A DNA stretch of 64,000 bases, taken from assembly GCF_016026235.1 (NCBI RefSeq), contig NZ_CP065613.1; one strand, 5' to 3'. Origin of the DNA: Escherichia coli (GTDB taxonomy: Bacteria; Pseudomonadota; Gammaproteobacteria; Enterobacterales; Enterobacteriaceae). The notes beneath the pieces were generated by a model. It was given only the letters and a program-made list of their open reading frames with translations, was not told where the DNA came from and searched no databases. Shown here piece after piece: positions 52,666-64,000 of this stretch. A program made the translations under genes and the position numbers. How positions within the stretch are numbered: the stretch's first letter is position 1; each line of letters begins with the position of its first letter.

Positions 52666-54033
52666 ATGAAAAAACAAACCCAGCTGTTGAGTGCATTAGC
52701 GTTAAGTGTCGGGTTAACTCTCTCGGCGTCATTTCAGGCCGTCGCGTCGATTCCAGGCCAGGTTGCCGATCAGGCCCCCCTCCCCAGTCTGGCTCCAATG
52801 CTGGAAAAAGTGCTTCCGGCAGTGGTGAGCGTACGGGTGGAAGGAACGGCCAGTCAGGGACAGAAAATCCCGGAAGAATTCAAAAAGTTTTTTGGTGATG
52901 ATTTACCGGATCAACCTGCACAACCCTTCGAAGGTTTAGGCTCCGGTGTCATCATCAACGCCAGTAAAGGCTATGTGCTGACCAACAACCATGTGATTAA
53001 TCAGGCACAGAAAATCAGTATTCAGCTCAATGATGGGCGCGAGTTTGATGCAAAACTGATTGGTAGCGATGACCAGAGCGATATCGCCCTGTTGCAAATT
53101 CAAAACCCGAGCAAATTAACGCAAATCGCTATTGCCGACTCCGATAAATTGCGCGTCGGTGATTTTGCCGTGGCGGTCGGTAACCCATTTGGCCTTGGGC
53201 AAACCGCCACCTCTGGCATTGTTTCCGCATTAGGACGCAGCGGGTTGAATCTTGAAGGTCTGGAAAACTTTATCCAGACAGATGCTTCCATTAACCGCGG
53301 TAACTCCGGCGGTGCACTGTTAAACCTTAACGGTGAGTTAATTGGCATCAACACTGCAATCCTTGCGCCTGGCGGCGGGAGCGTCGGAATTGGATTTGCC
53401 ATCCCCAGTAATATGGCGCGAACACTGGCGCAGCAGCTTATCGACTTTGGTGAAATCAAACGCGGTTTGTTAGGCATCAAAGGCACCGAGATGAGTGCCG
53501 ATATCGCCAAAGCCTTCAACCTTGACGTGCAGCGTGGCGCGTTTGTCAGCGAAGTGTTGCCAGGTTCTGGCTCGGCGAAAGCGGGCGTCAAAGCGGGCGA
53601 TATTATTACCAGCCTCAACGGCAAACCGCTGAATAGCTTTGCTGAGTTGCGCTCTCGTATCGCGACCACCGAGCCGGGCACGAAAGTGAAGCTTGGCCTG
53701 CTACGTAACGGCAAACCACTGGAAGTAGAAGTGACGCTCGATACCAGCACCTCTTCGTCGGCCAGCGCTGAAATGATCACGCCAGCGCTGGAAGGTGCAA
53801 CGTTGAGCGATGGTCAGCTAAAAGATGGCGGCAAAGGTATTAAAATCGATGAGGTTGTCAAAGGAAGCCCAGCTGCTCAGGCTGGCTTGCAAAAAGACGA
53901 TGTGATCATTGGCGTCAACCGCGATCGGGTGAACTCGATTGCTGAAATGCGTAAAGTGCTGACGGCAAAACCGGCCATCATCGCCCTGCAAATTGTACGC
54001 GGCAATGAAAGCATCTATCTGCTGATGCGTTAA
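52666..54033 (+). CDS. degQ: Periplasmic serine endoprotease DegQ
   Basis: ORF track 52624..54033 starts at TTG; trimmed to the ATG giving MKKQTQLLSALALSVGLTLSASFQAVA..., 455 aa; GNSGGAL active-site motif, two PDZ domains. Confidence 0.95.
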   Translation: MKKQTQLLSALALSVGLTLSASFQAVASIPGQVADQAPLPSLAPMLEKVLPAVVSVRVEGTASQGQKIPEEFKKFFGDDLPDQPAQPFEGLGSGVIINASKGYVLTNNHVINQAQKISIQLNDGREFDAKLIGSDDQSDIALLQIQNPSKLTQIAIADSDKLRVGDFAVAVGNPFGLGQTATSGIVSALGRSGLNLEGLENFIQTDASINRGNSGGALLNLNGELIGINTAILAPGGGSVGIGFAIPSNMARTLAQQLIDFGEIKRGLLGIKGTEMSADIAKAFNLDVQRGAFVSEVLPGSGSAKAGVKAGDIITSLNGKPLNSFAELRSRIATTEPGTKVKLGLLRNGKPLEVEVTLDTSTSSSASAEMITPALEGATLSDGQLKDGGKGIKIDEVVKGSPAAQAGLQKDDVIIGVNRDRVNSIAEMRKVLTAKPAIIALQIVRGNESIYLLMR

Positions 54034-54122
54034 TGTCGTAAACCGGGCATCAGGCTGACGTGTGATGTCCGGTTAACTCGTGGTATGCTGCTGCCGTTCC
54101 CTTTTTTAATGACGCCTCCATC

Positions 54123-55190
54123 ATGTTTGTGAAGCTCTTACGTTCCGTTGCGATTGGATTAATTGTCGGCGCTATTCTGCTGGTTGCCATGCCTTCGCTG
54201 CGCAGCCTTAACCCGCTTTCCACTCCGCAATTTGACAGTACCGATGAGACGCCTGCCAGTTATAATCTGGCGGTTCGCCGCGCCGCGCCAGCGGTGGTTA
54301 ACGTTTACAACCGTGGTTTGAACACCAACTCTCACAACCAGCTTGAGATCCGCACCCTGGGATCCGGTGTAATCATGGATCAACGCGGTTATATCATCAC
54401 CAATAAACACGTCATCAACGACGCCGATCAGATCATCGTCGCCTTACAGGATGGACGTGTATTTGAAGCATTGCTGGTGGGATCTGACTCTCTAACCGAT
54501 CTGGCGGTACTTAAAATTAATGCCACTGGCGGTTTACCTACCATTCCAATTAATGCACGTCGCGTACCGCACATTGGCGACGTGGTACTGGCGATCGGTA
54601 ACCCGTACAACCTCGGGCAGACCATTACCCAGGGGATTATTAGTGCCACGGGTCGAATCGGTCTGAACCCGACCGGGCGGCAAAACTTCCTACAAACCGA
54701 TGCTTCCATTAACCACGGTAACTCTGGCGGCGCGCTGGTGAACTCGCTGGGCGAACTGATGGGCATTAACACGCTGTCGTTTGATAAGAGTAACGATGGC
54801 GAAACGCCGGAAGGTATCGGCTTTGCGATTCCTTTCCAGTTAGCAACCAAAATTATGGATAAGCTGATCCGCGATGGTCGCGTGATCCGCGGCTACATTG
54901 GTATCGGCGGACGCGAGATCGCACCACTGCACGCGCAGGGCGGTGGTATAGATCAACTGCAAGGGATCGTGGTTAATGAAGTGTCACCTGACGGCCCGGC
55001 GGCGAATGCGGGTATTCAGGTCAACGATCTGATTATTTCGGTGGATAACAAACCGGCCATCTCTGCTCTGGAGACGATGGATCAGGTGGCGGAAATTCGC
55101 CCTGGTTCGGTGATCCCGGTTGTAGTGATGCGTGATGATAAGCAGTTAACGCTGCAGGTCACCATTCAGGAATATCCGGCAACCAATTAA
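54123..55190 (+). CDS. degS: Envelope-stress sensor serine protease DegS
   Basis: ORF track 355 aa, MFVKLLRSVAIGLIVGAILLVAMPSLRSLNP...; GNSGGAL motif, one PDZ domain. Confidence 0.95.
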   Translation: MFVKLLRSVAIGLIVGAILLVAMPSLRSLNPLSTPQFDSTDETPASYNLAVRRAAPAVVNVYNRGLNTNSHNQLEIRTLGSGVIMDQRGYIITNKHVINDADQIIVALQDGRVFEALLVGSDSLTDLAVLKINATGGLPTIPINARRVPHIGDVVLAIGNPYNLGQTITQGIISATGRIGLNPTGRQNFLQTDASINHGNSGGALVNSLGELMGINTLSFDKSNDGETPEGIGFAIPFQLATKIMDKLIRDGRVIRGYIGIGGREIAPLHAQGGGIDQLQGIVVNEVSPDGPAANAGIQVNDLIISVDNKPAISALETMDQVAEIRPGSVIPVVVMRDDKQLTLQVTIQEYPATN

Positions 55191-55206
55191 GTCGAGTGCT
55201 CAAAAC

Positions 55207-55236
55207 AAAAACCGGAGTCTGTGCTCCGGTTTTTTA
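55207..55236. terminator. Bidirectional hairpin terminator between convergent degS and mdh
   Basis: aaaaaccggagtctgtgctccggtttttt: stem ccggag/ctccgg flanked by an A-run and a T-run. Confidence 0.7.
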
Positions 55237-55251
55237 TTATTCGCTAATCAA

Positions 55252-56265
<1,014 letters not shown>

Positions 56266-56561
56266 TTACAATGACCACATCTCAAGAATGTGTAGTCACG
56301 CAAGTTTAGCGTTTATGCATTTAATTGCCGTAATCAGGAACCTAACTTACGTAATTAACAGTCGCTTATGCATTAGCGCAACATTCCAACAGGTGGTGAC
56401 AATATACCCTACCGTTCAGCCAAAACAACATCAATTTGATAACAATTAATTTACTTTTAAGCAGAATTTGCATGCCGTGACGCAGGCATGTTTCTCAATA
56501 ACGAAATTTGATAAAATCCCGCTCTTTCATAACATTATTTCAGCCTTCTTCAGGGCTGACT

Positions 56562-56600
56562 GTTTGCATAAAAATTCATCTGTATGCACAATAATGTTGT
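56562..56600 (+). promoter_or_regulatory. Tandem ARG boxes (ArgR autoregulatory operator) upstream of argR
   Basis: tttgcataaaaattcatc and tatgcacaataatgttgt match the ARG box consensus TNTGAATWWWWATTCANW, 3 bp apart, about 25 bp upstream of the argR start. Confidence 0.55.
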
Positions 56601-56621
56601 ATCAACCACCATATCGGGTGA

Positions 56622-57095
<474 letters not shown>

Positions 57096-57459
57096 TCTCT
57101 GCCCCGTCGCTTCTGGCGGCGGGGAAAATGTTGCTTATCCCTCTCAACCCCCTGCTTTCCCCTGCGATTAATTTAACGAATAGTGCGTTTTACTGCGACA
57201 TGTCATTCACACAATGAATACATACGGTAAAAAAAGCACATTATGCAAAATTCATTATCTAATTGAAAATACTAGAATTAAAAATAAATAACCGTGTTTT
57301 TAATTCTTTTTTGTTATTAAAATTCACATTTTTAACACTTAGTATCAACTGAAACAGTTAGCGTAGTATTAATTAGCTCAATAATTAGTGTATACTTGAT
57401 TTTGTGATAAGGGTCACGAAACAAAGACCCAGCAAAAAGATTATGTTGAGGTAAATATC

Positions 57460-57723
57460 ATGAAAATCAAAACCACTGTTGCTGCATTAAGCGTACTTTC
57501 TGTTCTCTCTTTCGGTGCATTCGCTGCCGACTCCATTGATGCTGCACAAGCACAAAATCGTGAAGCAATCGGGACCGTATCCGTAAGTGGTGTGGCGTCT
57601 TCGCCAATGGATATGCGTGAAATGCTGAACAAAAAAGCGGAAGAGAAAGGCGCAACGGCCTACCAGATTACTGAAGCTCGTAGCGGTGACACCTGGCACG
57701 CTACGGCTGAACTGTACAAATAA
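57460..57723 (+). CDS. yhcN: Stress-induced periplasmic protein YhcN (DUF1471 / YdgH-BhsA family)
   Basis: ORF track 87 aa, MKIKTTVAALSVLSVLSFGAFAADSIDAAQAQNREAIGTVSVSG..., signal peptide. Confidence 0.9.
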   Translation: MKIKTTVAALSVLSVLSFGAFAADSIDAAQAQNREAIGTVSVSGVASSPMDMREMLNKKAEEKGATAYQITEARSGDTWHATAELYK

Positions 57724-57750
57724 ACCCTCATCGTCTTGTCCGACGATATT

Positions 57751-57777
57751 GCCCCCGGTTCGGGGGCTTTTTTTTGC
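57751..57777 (+). terminator. Rho-independent terminator downstream of yhcN
   Basis: gcccccggttcgggggc followed by tttttttt. Confidence 0.75.
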
Positions 57778-57778
57778 G

Positions 57779-58051
57779 CTAATGACGAACATTAAAACGC
57801 AAATGCCCTTCCAGCTCTTCCTCTGCCTCATCAAACAGCAATATTAACGCGCCAAAACGGCGACGCGTTTTCTCTCCCAGATGAACAAATTCAATCTCAA
57901 GTGGTAGCGGCAGGACATCGTTCATTAACACATCCCATAGTGAGTCGAGATCGCGTACCTTATCTTTCGCCAGACCAAAGGTTTGGCTAAAGTCACGATA
58001 AAAATCCTCCGGACTCTCAATCTCATCAAAATCAAAGGTATAAATATTCAT
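57779..58051 (-). CDS. yhcO: Barstar-like protein YhcO
   Basis: ORF track 90 aa, [58 protein letters not shown]... Confidence 0.88.
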   Translation of the reverse strand: MNIYTFDFDEIESPEDFYRDFSQTFGLAKDKVRDLDSLWDVLMNDVLPLPLEIEFVHLGEKTRRRFGALILLFDEAEEELEGHLRFNVRH

Positions 58052-58142
58052 CTGTTGCCACCGTCACGTTTCGCGGCGAGTTCTGCCGTGCATCGCTAAG
58101 TATAGCCATGAAAAAACCGACGCTTTTGGCGTCGGTTTTGAC

Positions 58143-60110
58143 TTAACTATCAGTCAACGCATGTTGATACTTATGGAGCATCCCCGCCAGCCGATGTACC
58201 GGTTCCGTCACCTGCGGTGGCGCTTGCCAGATGCGTAGCTTTTCCTGGTAGATTTCAAGTTCTTCCAGCAACTGGCCAAAGTACCGGCGACGTTTATCAT
58301 CGCTACGGGCAGATATCACATGGTCTGCTGTGCGGCGCATTTGTCGGTGAAACGCCGATAAATCCTCGTTAACCGGGATCGGCGCATCACGCAGGCGCTG
58401 GTGCGCGATAATCATCGTCAGCGCCAGGCGAAATTTCGGCAAATCCCCTGGGAACTTATTCATCAGCAAAAACAGCTGCTGATAAAGTGCCGGGAGGTGG
58501 TTCTCTTTACGACGTGCCACATTGGTAGTCATCGCGGAAACAGCGGCAGAAACAAACTGATTAAGCAGTACACGTCCAGTCCTGTCGCGCGATTTATCCC
58601 GCACCAGCAAAATAACGGTGAACGCGAGCACACAGCCGACGATTTGCCCTAATGCGCTGTCGAGAAACTGACTGAAATGGAAAGTCATCGGGTTATCAAG
58701 CACGATAATATTTATGGTGCTGGCCAGTGCCCCCATCGAGCCCAGTCGCCGTTTCTGTACTTCTATACCGAGGAAGAATCCCAGCACTGCCAGGCTAATA
58801 CACAGCAGCAACATGGTCTGTTGGGTATTAGGGATAATCACCAAAAAGTAAAGCAGCCCTAACGGCAGCGCTGCCAGCGTCCCGTAGATAAAGTCGATCG
58901 CCACCATGCGTGGATTCGGCAAACGCATTGCCAGTGACGTCACTACCGCAATCATCACCATTGCACCACTGCCGGAAGTCCAGCCCGTCCACAGCCAGAA
59001 AAGCGTGCCCAGAATGCAGGAAAGTGTGGTTCGCCAGAAGTTAACCATCGCATGATGACGTTCGGCTGACTCTACTTTGACTTCCGGTTCGCCTTGCAGG
59101 ATCTCTTCTTCGGTGGCGTTGATTTTTGTGTTACTGATAACGCCGCGCTTGAGAAGCTGATAACGCGTTGCCGCCGCGACCCAGCTATAAATGGTGACAG
59201 GCGTTTCCCGTTCCCCGGTCCAGGCGATAACTCTCCGCAGGCGTTTGAGCTGCTTGTGAACGTCCTGCGCGGTTTCTACCGGCGTATCAAAAAATTCGCG
59301 GAAAGTATCAGTGATCAATTCTGGGCGCGTATTCTGAATAAGATAAGTTTCGCAGGATTGGGTAATCAGCGTCAGCGATAGCGTATTGATCGCTTTTAAA
59401 CGTCGATTGGCCCGCGCCCAGCGGGAAGATTCCATATTCAGATTGCTGCGCATGCCTTGTAGCGCCGTGGTGCGTCGAACCAGGTCGCCCCAGGCCTTAT
59501 CAACAATCTCGCCATCACCATGTTTGATGCATAATTGCATTAGTTGATATTGCGCCACCAGCAAACTTTCCAGCTCTCGATCCACTTCTTGTTTGATCGA
59601 TCGCGGAGAAAAGAGCAGATCCGCCATAATCGCACACACAATACCGATAACGATCTCGCTACAACGTTCGACGGCAAACTGCGGCGTAAGAAGCGGTTCC
59701 GGCTGAATGGTGATCACAATGATCAGCGCGGTATAACCAGCCAGCCCCCACGCATACGAGTTTTCTATTCGTACCAGCGAGGATATCCAGGTACAAAAAC
59801 CGGCCCAGATACAGCACACCAGAATCATCAATAATGGTGCGCGGATCATCGCAATGATGATCACCAGTCCGGCAATACAGCCAATAAATGTGCCGATGAT
59901 GCGCAAAAAGCCACGATAGCGAATAGCGCCAGAATACGGTTCACCTCCCGCAGCAAAGGCCGGACCGGCAGCAACAATCGCCGCTGTCAGTACCGCCCAG
60001 CGTGGCGTTTCCAGCTGGAAGTGAAAGCCAACAAACAGCGCCAGTACAATGGCGGTCGCCAGTTTTACCGCAAAGCGAATATGTTGGTTAGCAATGGAGA
60101 AAATACCCAT
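58143..60110 (-). CDS. aaeB: p-Hydroxybenzoic acid efflux pump subunit AaeB
   Basis: ORF track 655 aa, [61 protein letters not shown]... Confidence 0.93.
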   Translation of the reverse strand: MGIFSIANQHIRFAVKLATAIVLALFVGFHFQLETPRWAVLTAAIVAAGPAFAAGGEPYSGAIRYRGFLRIIGTFIGCIAGLVIIIAMIRAPLLMILVCCIWAGFCTWISSLVRIENSYAWGLAGYTALIIVITIQPEPLLTPQFAVERCSEIVIGIVCAIMADLLFSPRSIKQEVDRELESLLVAQYQLMQLCIKHGDGEIVDKAWGDLVRRTTALQGMRSNLNMESSRWARANRRLKAINTLSLTLITQSCETYLIQNTRPELITDTFREFFDTPVETAQDVHKQLKRLRRVIAWTGERETPVTIYSWVAAATRYQLLKRGVISNTKINATEEEILQGEPEVKVESAERHHAMVNFWRTTLSCILGTLFWLWTGWTSGSGAMVMIAVVTSLAMRLPNPRMVAIDFIYGTLAALPLGLLYFLVIIPNTQQTMLLLCISLAVLGFFLGIEVQKRRLGSMGALASTINIIVLDNPMTFHFSQFLDSALGQIVGCVLAFTVILLVRDKSRDRTGRVLLNQFVSAAVSAMTTNVARRKENHLPALYQQLFLLMNKFPGDLPKFRLALTMIIAHQRLRDAPIPVNEDLSAFHRQMRRTADHVISARSDDKRRRYFGQLLEELEIYQEKLRIWQAPPQVTEPVHRLAGMLHKYQHALTDS

Positions 60111-60115
60111 CGTGA

Positions 60116-61048
60116 TTAACCAAACTCACGCAGGCGATGGGCCATTTTACGGAAGAACGAATCCTGGCTTTCGTCGCGATCTTGTTTGCCAGTGACCACC
60201 ACTGTAGCAGTGGTGCCCGCAGGCCAGATGTTCTCTTGCTGGTTGTCGAGACGAATACGAACCGGAACACGTTGCGCCAAACGCACCCATTCAAGGTTAG
60301 AGTCGATGGTCGCCATCCCTTTGTCGTCACGCGTGCTGCTGGCGTTGGTGACCCCAGCGGCAACACTATCAACAGTCCCTTTCAGCACTTTGTTACTGCC
60401 AAGCGGCGTGATCTCTGCACGATACCCAGGGCGCACCCCTTCCAGCTTAGTTTCTTCCATATAGGCCAGTACATAGAAAGAGTTCTGTTTCACCAGCGCA
60501 ACCGCCGTTGATCCACGAGTAATAAACTCACCGGTATAGACATTGAGGTTGGTCACCCAGCCATCCGCTGGCGCGCGGATCACCGTGCGTTCAAGATCCA
60601 GTTTTGCCAGATCGCGGGTCGCCTGCGCTTTCGCTAACTGATGCAGAACAGTTTGTAGTACGTTGTTGGCCTAGTCGATCTCTTCGCGAGACATCACCTG
60701 CACACCGAGACGGTTACGACGTCCGGCCTCCTGGCGTTTCTCCTGTGCCAGTACCTGATAATAAGCAACATCGGCTTGCGCTTCCTCAAGCGCCTTTTGA
60801 TAGCGCGGCTGGTCGATGGTGAACAGTACCTGTCCTTTTTTCACCAGCTGGTTATCATGAACATTCACCTGGGTAATGAGTCCAGAAACGTCCGGCGCGA
60901 TCGCAACGACGTCAGCGCTAAAGCGCGCGTCACGCGTCCACGGGGATTCGGTGTAATAGACCCAGGCATTAAAAATTGCGATGAAGGCCAGAATGACTAA
61001 TACGACCGTGATGGCCGTACGGGAGAATTTTCTTATTAGTGTTTTCAC
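60116..61048 (-). pseudogene. aaeA: p-Hydroxybenzoic acid efflux pump membrane-fusion subunit AaeA, interrupted by an in-frame amber codon at codon 126
   Basis: The 933-nt frame (311 codons) is intact except for TAG at 60671..60673 on the minus strand; ORF track splits it into 60671..61048 ([26 protein letters not shown]...SREEID) and 60116..60583; same-frame translation between them reads [38 protein letters not shown]. Confidence 0.85.
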
Positions 61049-61055
61049 TTCAACC

Positions 61056-61259
61056 TCAAACGAACAGTCGCGATATCAAATAAAACAAGCAGCAATAGAG
61101 CGCGGTGTTGAACAACGCCGGATGCCAGACAAAGTCGTAGATACCTGTTGGCACAAGTACCCGGCGCACCAGCCAGAAAATCGCCAGTGATAAAAGCAAT
61201 TCAAAAAATATCGGTGGGAAGGACAGCCCAAACACCACGATAACGGGAAACAGACTCAT
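61056..61259 (-). CDS. aaeX: Small membrane protein AaeX
   Basis: ORF track 61056..61328; trimmed to the ATG giving [50 protein letters not shown]..., 67 aa. Confidence 0.9.
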
Positions 61260-61441
61260 GTTGACCTTGGTTGTATAGAGAGAGCAGGCGTTATTATTTT
61301 CAGCATCTGTCGCCGCAGAGAAGGGCATGGAAAGCCGGGCGAGAGCAACATTGCTGTAGATTGATATTTAATATATTAGCGTAACTGTTATGCTGTTATC
61401 TATATTATGTGATCTAAATCACTTTTAAGTCAGAGTGAATA

Positions 61442-62371
61442 ATGGAACGACTAAAACGCATGTCGGTGTTTGCCAAAGTAGTTGAATTTGGCTCTTTTAC
61501 CGCCGCCGCCAGACAGCTACAGATGAGCGTTTCGTCCATCAGTCAGACGGTGTCAAAACTGGAAGATGAGTTGCAGGTAAAGCTGTTAAACCGTAGCACA
61601 CGCAGCATTGGCCTGACCGAAGCCGGTAGAATTTACTACCAGGGCTGCCGTCGTATGCTTCATGAAGTGCAGGATGTTCATGAGCAACTGTATGCCTTCA
61701 ATAACACCCCCATCGGGACGCTACGCATTGGCTGTTCTTCAACTATGGCACAAAATGTTCTCGCCGGGCTGACAGCCAAAATGCTGAAAGAATACCCAGG
61801 TTTGAGCGTCAATCTGGTTACCGGAATTCCAGCCCCCGACCTGATTGCCGACGGTCTGGATGTGGTGATCCGCGTCGGCGCGTTGCAGGATTCCAGCCTG
61901 TTTTCCCGCCGTCTTGGCGCGATGCCAATGGTGGTGTGCGCCGCGAAAAGCTATCTCACACAATACGGCATACCGGAAAAACCCGCCGATTTAAGTAGCC
62001 ATTCATGGCTTGAATACAGCGTGCGGCCCGACAATGAATTTGAACTGATTGCACCGGAAGGGATCTCGACTCGCCTGATCCCGCAAGGGAGATTTGTGAC
62101 TAATGATCCGATGACGCTGGTGCGCTGGCTAACGGCGGGTGCCGGGATCGCCTACGTGCCGCTGATGTGGGTGATCAACGAGATCAATCGTGGGGAGCTG
62201 GAGATCCTGCTGCCGCGTTATCAGTCAGATCCACGCCCGGTTTATGCGTTATATACCGAAAAAGATAAGCTGCCGCTGAAGGTACAGGTCGTGATCAACT
62301 CGCTGACGGATTATTTTGTTGAGGTCGGTAAATTGTTTCAGGAGATGCACGGGCGCGGGAAAGAGAAGTAA
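61442..62371 (+). CDS. aaeR: LysR-family transcriptional activator AaeR
   Basis: ORF track 309 aa, MERLKRMSVFAKVVEFGSFTAAARQLQMSVSSISQTVSKLEDELQVKLLNRSTR..., LysR HTH. Confidence 0.94.
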   Translation: MERLKRMSVFAKVVEFGSFTAAARQLQMSVSSISQTVSKLEDELQVKLLNRSTRSIGLTEAGRIYYQGCRRMLHEVQDVHEQLYAFNNTPIGTLRIGCSSTMAQNVLAGLTAKMLKEYPGLSVNLVTGIPAPDLIADGLDVVIRVGALQDSSLFSRRLGAMPMVVCAAKSYLTQYGIPEKPADLSSHSWLEYSVRPDNEFELIAPEGISTRLIPQGRFVTNDPMTLVRWLTAGAGIAYVPLMWVINEINRGELEILLPRYQSDPRPVYALYTEKDKLPLKVQVVINSLTDYFVEVGKLFQEMHGRGKEK

Positions 62372-62414
62372 TTCATATTGTACTGTTACGTTGTACAAAC
62401 CTGTGCCAACGGGT

Positions 62415-62447
62415 TCCCCTCACCCTAACCCCAGAGGAGCGAGGGGA
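62415..62447. repeat. GC-rich imperfect palindromic intergenic repeat, copy 2 (aaeR-tldD spacer)
   Basis: tcccctcaccctaaccccagaggagcgagggga shares both arms with the copy at 44570..44600. Confidence 0.6.
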
Positions 62448-62498
62448 CCGTTCGTGCACGTAGAAAGATTAATTATCCTACTGAAAATAATGAAATTA

Positions 62499-63959
<1,461 letters not shown>

Positions 63960-64000
63960 TTAGTTACTGCAGTAGAGGATTTTTTACGGCTGCCGGATGC

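Noticed and set aside
61056-61328. 90-aa ORF-track call for aaeX
   Set aside because: Over-extended upstream; the conserved small membrane protein begins at the internal ATG ([14 protein letters not shown]...), so the feature was trimmed and not treated as a novel longer protein

Overview
This window reads as enterobacterial core chromosome of the Escherichia coli / Shigella type, colinear with the K-12 segment running secG-glmM-folP-ftsH through the mla, kdsDC-lptCAB, rpoN-hpf-ptsN-rapZ-npr, arcB, gltBD, nan, sspAB, rpsI-rplM, degQS, mdh, argR and aaeXAB clusters to tldD. Gene identities come from reading the ORF-track translations, protein lengths and gene order against remembered E. coli K-12 biology; no database search was run. 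Nearly every base is accounted for by a well-known housekeeping gene, and I found no CRISPR array, prophage, toxin-antitoxin pair or defence island. I do not see a novel biological system here. What departs from the K-12 layout is: (1) a 1425-bp IS4 copy inserted into the convergent dacB/obgE terminator hairpin, flanked by a 13-bp target duplication and carrying a frameshifted transposase; (2) an in-frame amber codon in aaeA; (3) gltD followed directly by yhcG, without the gltF-yhcADEF fimbrial block; (4) a set of related hyphenated palindromes inside and just after yhcG; (5) two copies of a small GC-rich intergenic repeat. The ORF track uses TTG/GTG as well as ATG starts, so several of its calls over-extend; I trimmed starts to the ATG that matches the expected protein N-terminus.
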